A DNA stretch of 64,000 nucleotides, from NCBI RefSeq assembly GCF_001194135.2, contig NC_068991.1, positions 51,286,522 through 51,350,521 on the forward strand, read 5' to 3'. This document shows, piece by piece, positions 52,191 through 62,800 of the stretch (position 1 is its first letter; every line of letters begins with the position of its first letter). The notes below the pieces were generated by a model. The model was not told the origin of the DNA and did not search any database. It saw only the letters and a list, made by a program, of their open reading frames with translations. The DNA comes from Octopus bimaculoides. Taxonomy: Eukaryota. A program made the translations under genes and the position numbers.

Positions 52191-54957
52191 GACAGAGAGA
52201 GGGAGAGAGAGAGAGAGGAAAAATAAAACTGAAAAGTTGGTTCATAAATTATTTAGTTACATTATCATAAACATGTTTCAATGAAGATAAAAGATTAATT
52301 ATACAATCTGGGTGAGATAAGTTTCCTAGGTCTTTGCTTCTTCAGAGATTCATATGAAAAGACGTGTGATGTTAATCAGCACCATCTATGGTTAGTGATC
52401 CTGCGAATAAAAGTGGAATTGTAACATATCCTCCTTAAATATTCAACCTAAATGTAAAGGTATGGAAAAAGCTAGACATAGTAATGCTAACCATTCAAAG
52501 AATAAAGGTTAGAATGATATAATCTTTACTCATACAAACCCAAGCTTTTGGAATAGTAACATAGATCCTTTCTCAGTCACAGGTTTTCTTGCTTCCTATA
52601 ACAACAATAATAACAAAAATAGGGGAAAAAATAATACTAAGGATGCTAACATTAGAAAAAACATAATAGTACAAAAAGTATAAACAATATGAATAACAGC
52701 AGGGGTAAATAAAGGTTTACTAAGGTTTCTTAGACTTCCTGTGATTAACTCACTTATATGTAATTGTAGATTAGCCTCTTAATGTCCTCTTGAAGATAAT
52801 TACCTTATAAGTAATGCAATATACAAATGCAATGTTATTACACTAAATTCTATATAAGAAATCTGGTACTTAAAACTAATGGCAATACACGATTAACAAA
52901 TTATATAACATCTTGTTTCCAAAGTAGAAGATAATTGTGAATTTTAACATTCATCAAACATAATGTAATGTTGTTCAATGGAAATTATTATTCTCTAATT
53001 ACAGCTGATGTTAGTTGTTTTTTCTTCCTTTTTTTTACAAAGTGTATACACATATACGTACATTCATGTGTACATGTGTGGCTATAGGAACCAAGATATG
53101 TGTCTATATATACACATGCATGTGTATGTATTCATTATATGTTTGCATATACATATATGTGCATATAAGCATATATGCATGAATGTATGTTTACATATGT
53201 GTGTATATATGCATGTGTGTGTATAATTGTCTTCAGTTCTTCTGATTTACATAAAATAGATATATATTTAAATGAATCTTTCATTTTGAATTCTTTTTCC
53301 TATTCTCTCAGGTTACAGCTGAACATGAACGGTTCATACGAGGCTATGAGTATGTTGCTGATATCCTGGCCCAATGGGAACAGTGAGTTCTTGTTTTGTT
53401 TTAAACTTCCAAATTTGGTTCATATGCATGATGTTTGGAGGAAAATTCTGGTTAACTTCTTTAGGTTCAGATACTTGCAAATATTTTCCTTTCTCTAACT
53501 AAAGCAGCTATGTTTCTCTTCTAACGCAAGACACCTTTTCCAGCCATTGATACTACTTCCTATCAGTTGAGGGGTCTTGTGCTATTAGTTAGTTGGTGAT
53601 CTCACTGATGCCAGTGCCAAAAAGGCACCCAGTACACTCTGTAAAGTGGTTGTGTTAGGAAGGGTATCCAGCCATAGAAACCAGCCAAAACAAACAGCAA
53701 AGCTTGGTGCAGTCTTTGCACTTGCCTTTTCTTGTCAAACCATCCTACTTGTGCCAGCATGGAAAATGGATGTTAAATGATGATGGTGGTGGACATAATA
53801 ATCATTGAATATTGGGCTCTATTGCTGTTCTCAAACTTTCTAGTTTACCGTGTGTGTGTGTGTGTGTGGAGGCGAAATGGCCCAGTGGTTAGGGCAGCGG
53901 ATTCGCGGTCATAGGATCGGGGTTTCGATTCCCAGATCGGGTGTTGTGAGTGTTTATTGAGCGAAAACACCTAAAGCTCCACGAGGCTCCGGCAGGGGAT
54001 GGTGATGAACCCTGCTGTACTCTTCCACCACAACTTTCTCTCACTCTTACTTCCTGTTTCTGTTGTGCCTGTAATTCAAAGGGTCAGCCTTGTCACACTG
54101 TGTCACGCTGAATATCTCTGAAAACTACGTTAAGGGTACACGTGTCTGTGGAGTGCTCAGCCACTTGCACCTTAATTTCACTAGCAGGCTATTCCGTTGA
54201 TCGGATCAACTGGAACTCTCGACGTCGTAAGCGACGGGGTGCCAACAAACAACGTGTGTGTGTGTAGTGTGTTAGAATAGTGAAATATTCTTTTTTTCCT
54301 TTGCATGTTATTTATTTTTCCCTCCATATCTTCCATTTATTCTATTTCCAGGCAAAAGCATTTAACAAACACACCAAACAAAAGTGATTCGTTATCAAAG
54401 AAAGGCAACAAGATAGTCCTCGATGGTTCTGACTGCCGATTTGTGTTTCGAAAACGTGTCTATCGTCATGTGCATGATATTCCCAAAGATCCTGTAGAAT
54501 ATCATTTACTCTTCGCTGAAGCTGTTCACAAAGTGGTTGAAGTAAGTTCTGCTAAACAGTCAGGTCCAGGATTTGGATTTATAATAAATACCTTGTTTCT
54601 CATTTATATTTCTTTTGATTCATCTTAAAACAAAGAAAATATGATTATGATGAGTTACATATTTCCTATTACACAAATATCTAAAGAAATAGGTATGAAA
54701 ATGTTATTTGGGGATGTCGAATTCAGAAAATTATTGTTAGTAGATGTAAAGAAAAGTGTTAGATGCATATATTGACAGAGGGCCAACAAATTTAGCAATT
54801 AAACTGAGGATACAGTCTAGTTGATAGCTTGTTACTATTACATCTGTTAGCAACACAGTATTGTTAATAACTCATTGTGATTCTATAAAGCAAGTATTTA
54901 GTTTTAAAGCTGTTTCTTTGTTCCTTTATAACATTTGTTTTTCATTTAGTGAACGTA

Positions 54958-54999
<42 letters not shown>

Positions 55000-56772
55000 T
55001 TAGTTTCTCTTTCTTTAGTGTGATGTTATTGCCAGTGTCTTTATCCATTATAATGCTAATATTGTTATGCCTGGATAATGTAGCAAATGTAAATCTACCC
55101 CTAAAATATTGCTGCTTTGTTTGAGAGTAATATTTACACATTTCATACAAATTTCATAATTTTCCTAAAAGCATAAGTAATGTTAATGAAGTTGTTCTCA
55201 CTTGGAATCAACTCCAGATTAGCAGGCAAAAGAAAAAAAAAAGCGTGAAATTCTAATATTCATACTTCCTATAAAAAGAATTTTAACTACAGAAGTGGTG
55301 TTTTTTTTTTTATCTGGGAATCAAATGTCAGTAAAAGACTTAAGCTCACAAAAACCATCTACTTGACCAAGGTATTCATAATAATTAGTACATATTCATT
55401 GGCTACTGTATACGTTTGTGTTTTATAACATTAATGAAAGCTTGTCTTTAATACATTCCACTTCAATCACTTTGAATGATAAGCAATGGTTTGACGAGGG
55501 TTCCAGTTGATCTGATCAACCGAACTACCTGCTAGTGAAATTAACGTTTTAGTGGCTGAGCACACCACAGACACGCATATCCTTAAAGTAGTTCTCAGGG
55601 AGATTCGGCACAACATAAAATGTGAAAAGGCTGTCCCTTTGAATTACTGATATAACTCACTTTTGCCAGCTGAGTGGACTAGAATAATGTGAAATAAAGA
55701 CACAACACACCGCCGAGAATTGAACGCACATTCGTAAGCTGAATGTCCTAATCACTAAGTTATATGCTTTCACATTAAGCAATAAAATCCATTTAAAATG
55801 CGACTTCATTATCAAATTATGTTCTAATGATATTCTTATAATTCCATGACAATACTTCAGCTATAAAGTCTTATAAGGTTCAGAGATTTTATTACTAAAT
55901 AATATATCAAATGAACAGATCGAACAATTAAAAACTAAATTTAAAAACATATCTTACAGTTAGAAACGTGTATATTTCTCAAATGTGTATGCAATCTTTG
56001 TTAATGTAGACTTAATAATATATATGTTGTTTTTCAGTTGGATGAATTTTCTGTATCAGAGAAAGTCGCCCTTCAACTTGCTGGTTTACAAGCACAGGTT
56101 ATATGGGGAGATTACCATGAAAACAAAGATTTTCGGTAAACACTTTCATTTTATTTTTCTATTTGAGTTATCTCCCTTGATATGTTTTGGCTCAAAGCCA
56201 AAGACAACAATTTGTTACTGGTCCCAAGTAGTTAACTTTAAATGTATCTAACTGTACCAGTCTGTTTTGTGAATGCTTTAGTAATATAATTCCTACCTTT
56301 ACTCATATTTTTTCTTTAATAATCTCTACTTCTCTATGACACCAGTGCCTATCTAATAGAATTCTGATTAAATACAAGCCCTATGCTATTGACGAACATT
56401 ATATGATTGATATTTTTAAAATCGGTTTTCTGCATAATTGGTAAACGAATTGTATGTCTTAACTTTCTTACAAAGCAACACACGCAAACACTCACTCATA
56501 TACATTAAACATATTACAAACACAGACACACATAAGTAAAAAAATAAATAATTCTACAATTTGTAGCAATGTATATCCTTAACAAGTTGAATGTCTCTTT
56601 CCATCCCTCCTTCTCTCTCTCTCTCCCTATATATATATTGTGTTAAGCTAAGAAGTTGTGCATGGTACCAGAATTTTCCACTTGAGTCAAATGTAACAAA
56701 CTACACAAAATTGTTGTTAGAGTCTCCACATAAGTGGAGTCAAGACCAGTTAGTTTGTGCTGGCATTGAGTC

Positions 56773-56817
<45 letters not shown>

Positions 56818-59800
56818 GGAGTGACAAATAAAGAAATATAAATTAGAGGTAAGGGCTTCCAAAAGGAACTGTTCGAATTAATTAAGAATTTGATGTTTAT
56901 GCAAAATGTCGGATGAGAGTTCAAAATTTTAAAATTCATGGGTAAATAGGTAGATAAAATAAATATATACAGATTCGGGTGAATTCAGGTAAAGGATATC
57001 ATCTACAGCTGTTTCAGAGGTACAATGAATGTATAAATTTCCCTTATCCTTCGATTTAACTCACAATGAGCTCTTCTTAATATAGTCCATATATTGTGAA
57101 GTATACTTAAAAACATACTTTATAAGAAAATTTAACTTTATATATATACATATATATATATATGGCACCTGTGCCCAGCGTCACCTTTCTGGCACTTGTG
57201 CCCGTGACACCTGTGTAAGGATTTTCAAGCGACATCGTTGCCAGTGCCCCTGGACTGGCTCTTATGCGGGTGGCACATAAAATACACCATTTTGAGCGTG
57301 GCCGTTGCCAGTACCGCCTGACTGGCCTTCATGCGAGTGACACGTAAAAGCACCCACTACACTCTCGGAGTGGTTGGCGTTAGGAAGGACATCCAGCTGT
57401 AGAAACTCTGCCAAATCAGATTGGAGCCTGGTGTAGCCATCTGGTTTCACCAGTCCTCAGTCAAATCGTCCAACCCATGCTAACATGGAAAGCGGATGTT
57501 AAACGATGATGATGATGATGATATATATGTATGAGCTGTTACTTAAAGATGACAGAAGAGAAATTGTTAGAGACTGGAGTGAGTACAGAGAAAGGAGCTC
57601 TGTAATACAAACATGCCAACGAACTTATAATAGATGAAGTTATAGAGAACAACATTGCTGCATTGGTTTTTTTCAGCTACAAGCAACACTGTTTGTTAAT
57701 GAGTAAACATTTTTCAAGTCTTTTTCTTTTTACTAATAATAAACTTTTACTTTTAGTTATGGAGAAGCGAAACAGTACCTGTGTGAACGCATATTAGAGG
57801 CTGATATGAGTAAAGACTGGGGAAATTCTATTGCAGAAGCCCACGAAGTAAGCCATATTTAGTTTCTGATAATCTTCTTTTTAGACATAGGATAGTAGGT
57901 CACATCTTGTACATTTTGTACATAGTTATGACTCTACTAAATAATATCAATAACAAACCATTTTTGCATGTTTTTGACTTTGTATTTATAAATGATAAGA
58001 TAAAGAGATGACAAAGGAATAAACGATTTATCTTATGAACTTCATTAATCATTTATTCCTTTGTCATCTCTCTTTCTTATTACCGCTCTATACTTAGCCA
58101 ACATACTGTTCTGAAACATTATATATATTGAGTTCTACACCAGGGTATTAGTCTTGCAATGCCTAAGCAAAATATTTGTGGATGACATATATTTTCAAAA
58201 GACTACAAAAAATTTCAAATTGGTACAGTCTCGATGACAAATGTGTAGTATGCACTTATAAACAGTGGTTTTCGTAAAATTTGTATAAGACAAAAAAAAA
58301 AAAAATCTGAAATAAAAGCACCAAAGGTGAAGCAAATGGTTAACAATGATGAATAAATGATAAGAAAAAGAAAATTAATCAATACAATTTTATTTTTCAA
58401 TTTTCTTTTGAAATCACAACTTTATGCAGTTTTTTTCACAAAGTGAGATATCATATGATATAAGACCATGGTTACTACTCGAGTTTACATGCTTTGTCTT
58501 CTCTACACAAACAATTCAATATTTATTATCATTAACTTACAGCTGGCACCTATAAAGATAAGCTGTCGTGTGACCACAGTTCTAAATATATTGGGTTGGC
58601 AACTAAGTTCCTGCGGTTTTTTTAAATTTAAATTTTTTAAAAGGTTTAATAAAAAATAACAACTAATTAATCAATAATGTATTCACCTTTGTTGTTTACA
58701 ACTTCTTCTCAGCGTTCAACAAGATTTTCAGTACCTCGTTGGTAGAAATCACCCGATTTCGACTCGAAAATTTGATCCAACCAAGCTCTCAATTTTGCAT
58801 CAGTATTCAACAAAACTTCGCGCATAGCATTTGAAAGGGATCAAATGAGGTGGAAATCCGTTGATACCAAATCAGGAGAGTATGGCGGGTGTGGCAGCAC
58901 TTCCCAGCCATGCATTTGAATGGCTTCCTTAGTCATATTGGCGATATGAGGCGGATGTTGTTGTGCAGCAGAAGAACTCCATGCTGCCAATTAAGTCTTT
59001 TCTCTTGAATAGCCATGTTGAGTCGTTCCATCTGTTGAACATAGAGTTCCGCGTTGACTGTTTGGTTCCATTCAAGCAATTCGTAATGGATAATCCCTTC
59101 CCAGTCCCACCATATGCACAACATCATTTTATGCAGATGAAGATCTTGTTTCATGTGCGGTGTCGCTTGTTTACCGGGGCTAAGCCATTCCTTATACTGC
59201 TTCATATTGATGTACAAGCACCATTTTTCGTCACCAGTAACAATTCAGTAAAGAAATCATTGCTTGTGTCCATGAGTTGATTAGTGATGAGCAAGCAAAC
59301 CAGCAGAGATTGTGGCTCGTTGATTTTTGTTGTTGTCACTTAAAGTATGCAGAACCCATGCTCCATACTTCTGAACCTTTCCCATCGACTGAAGATGCTT
59401 CTCTGTAGCAGTGTGGGAGCATTCCACTTTCTCTGCCAGTTCCCTTGTCATTTGACGAGAATTTTTGTGCAAAAGTTAGTTTAATAACTCTTCAGCCAGA
59501 ACGAGGTGCGTCTATGAGGTCAAAATTTCTATTTTTGAACTTGGCATACCCATCACGAGCAGTTCTTTCAGCTATGGCACCCTCTCCATACACAGCACAA
59601 ATGTCGTGAGCAGCTTTTGTGGCCTTAGAACCTTGATTAAAAGCAAAAAGAAGGAGGTGTCGAAAATGCTCATTTTTCTTAACTTGACATTCCATTTTAA
59701 CGATCTGAAAATAAACAAAAATTAACTAAAATTAACTAGAAAAAGAAACGAAATAGATTCCAAAATTTGAAAACGCAATACATTCCAAAATTTATAAAAA

Positions 59801-62800
59801 TGGCAGGAACTTAGTTGCCAGCCCAATATGATACAACAATAGAACTGAAGTCTGCATTTAGATAAAATGCTATATCATTTCTCCATCATATAGAGTTTAT
59901 TGTATTATAATGGACTATATCATTAACTTTCTAGACATGATATTCACACTTAAGTTGTCTGAAGAATTAAGACTTGTAACATTTAATCCCAATACTTGTG
60001 AGGATAAGTATTTATTTGACATAAGACATTTGTATCAGACTAATAGAAACTTCTCTTATTTACTATTCTTATCTGCTTTCTTCAATCCTGATGTGGGAAA
60101 ATAAGTAACTATTTGTCAGCTTTTTATAATAACTAAACTGCTCTTGTTACACTAAATTCACGATCCATTCAAGACCTTAAATTAGCCACAAAAACTAGAA
60201 TTGTATTCTGTTAGATAGTTTACTTGTGTTCGTTGAGTTTGCTATTTTTCAGTTGTCATTTTTTTCTCCTTTTTCTAGCATTATGGTTTGGGAAAGTCAG
60301 AAATTGAAGCAAACGTCTGGTATTTGACGTGTGTAAAACAGTTTCCTCTTTATGGCTGTACATTGTTCTCAATAGTGCATAAAGGACTTTGGTCACACAC
60401 CAGTGACTCCTTACTTGCTGTCAACATGGATGGAATCAAATTTATTCGTTCTCGGGATAAATCTATTATTCATGACTTTAAGTATTCTGACATCGAGACT
60501 ATTACATTAGATCCAAATGATAACTACATCACATTGGAGCTGTTTAATGACACAGGTATAGGATGTACACAACGCTGTTTCATGTTTGAAACTCTTTACA
60601 AAGAAGATATTGGCCATCTTATTGAAAGTTATTCTCCAGCACATGCAACTTGGCTCCGGCCAGAATATGACAACTGGAAAAAGGTACGCACCATTTTTCT
60701 TCAAATTAATCTGCATATCCTCCTTATTAATAACAACTGAGACTGCTATCATGCAATTAAGAAAGCAAAATGTATTTTCATATAACATACGAATAAAAGC
60801 CTCCCACCATCTCTTCTTCACCATGTTTCCTGATTTGCTATGTGTCCTGTGTCCACTTTACTAAATACATTTCCATCAGATTTGACCAATATTTCCCCTC
60901 TTTGCTATCAGAACCTTACTCTCCACATAAACCAATACCCTTGCTATTAACTTTGTTCCTTTACTCTCAATACTTTCAATAATAATGATCAGTTCTTCCT
61001 TCTTCTTTTACATTGTCTTCAGTCATTAATTTCTGCAACCATTGTCTTAAGTAAATATTCAGGTTTGTAGCAAGGCAAGGAGTGAATTCCATTTTCAGTC
61101 TCCAGAAAATTTGCAAAGAACTTTATTGCTTTGGAAGCAATAAAACAACATTTTAAAAAATAGCTAAAGACTTAAAACTTCACTTGTAAAAATATTGGTT
61201 TCAAAGTTTGTTCATAAGGCCAGCAGTTTTGGAGGAGTGGGTAAGTTGATTACATAAATCCCAATGTTCAACTGGTACTTATAAAAATATTGACATTTGA
61301 CACTTTGGTAACTTTATCTGTTGCAAAAATCATTAAGATTTAAGTGAAAATCTTGGTATGCTGTTCTTTGTCTGGATTGCTTTCTCAAGATCCCTTTTAC
61401 ATGTCAGTGGCTACCAATGGAAGAGCATTGCCAGTGAAACCTTCCTACCAGATACTTTTACACGGGAATATAAGAAAAATGGTTTAAATCAAAGGTTTTC
61501 AACCATTTTTTACCTATGGATCCCTTTAATTCCTACCTTACTCTGGTAGACCCTCATAGCCATTTGCTGTTTAAAAAATCATATTATATTTTTATACTTG
61601 GATATCATAAGGAATTGTATTCAACAAATTGTAAAAGTATTTTGAGTATTTTAGTAGCATAATCAATTTCATGCACATAAATTTTAACAACAAAATTTTA
61701 TGTGGACCTCAGTTGAGAACTACTGGTTTAAATGGTTATCTCTTCAGTTTGTGTGTGTACCATATCTTTTTCAATTAATATCAAATACTTCTCCTCAAAA
61801 ACAAAAAAACAAGCCATTGAAAGTCAGTAGCAGAAAGTAACTCGGACTCTGAATAGATTATGGAATTATTCTGTGGCAGTCATCGTCATCATTTTAATGT
61901 CCACTTTTCCATGCCTGCATAAGTCAGACAATTTCAACAAGGAAATTATGAAGCAAAACCATAAAATATAAATCATGTCTTTAACCCACCTTATTTCCAT
62001 GTCTTCTTTGATACTATCCATCTTCCAACTAATGTGCTGTTTCACATCTTCTGAAAGAAAGGTTTTCTATCTTGCAGTAAAAATTCTTTCTATAGCAGTT
62101 ACAGCCCTGCATCCTCTCTAGCTGAATGAGACTCTGCTAATTTTATGCTTGTTTAAGTCTAATAAGTTATAGAAACAGTCCTTATAAATATGCTTTTTTG
62201 AATACCATTTGCCACTAAATTCCATAAAACAGTAATGCTTGAAGTCTGTCAAATAGTTGGTACTACATCACTTTTAACTCCTCAGATGTATTCAATTCCT
62301 ATTGTACCACTTTTTATTTATCTCTCAGCAGATACAACACAAATTGTGTGACATGATGTACTTAGAATTTTTCTTTTAAAATCATGTCGCACAAACATGT
62401 TGAGGACATCCAGACAATGATTTTTATAATCACAGCTCACCACAATGCGATCAGTTTTTGTCATCATTGAAGATTGCTGAGATTTAGGATCATTCTTATC
62501 AATTTGAAATACTGGTACAACTTGTAATATTTTGTACAGTTCTACATTTGGAGTTAAAATTCCACTGAGGTTGACTTTGCCTTTCATCCCTTCGAGATCA
62601 ATAAAATAAGTACCAGCTGAGTACTGGGGTCAATGTAATCAATTAGCCCCCTTCCCCCAAATTGCTGGCCTTGTGCTATTCTTCATAGACTTCTTCCACT
62701 TTTTTCATTCAAGACATTAGTAAATATTTTATTATTGCAACATATGTACTTATATTTTAACACTTTATTCTCATTTGCTTCCTCTAATAGATGCGTATGT

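Noticed and set aside
53868-53942. tRNA gene
   Set aside because: A/B boxes are present, but no clean acceptor stem was seen and the sequence runs into a ~310-nt SINE body and tail. It is a SINE head; the same applies to family A, B and C heads.
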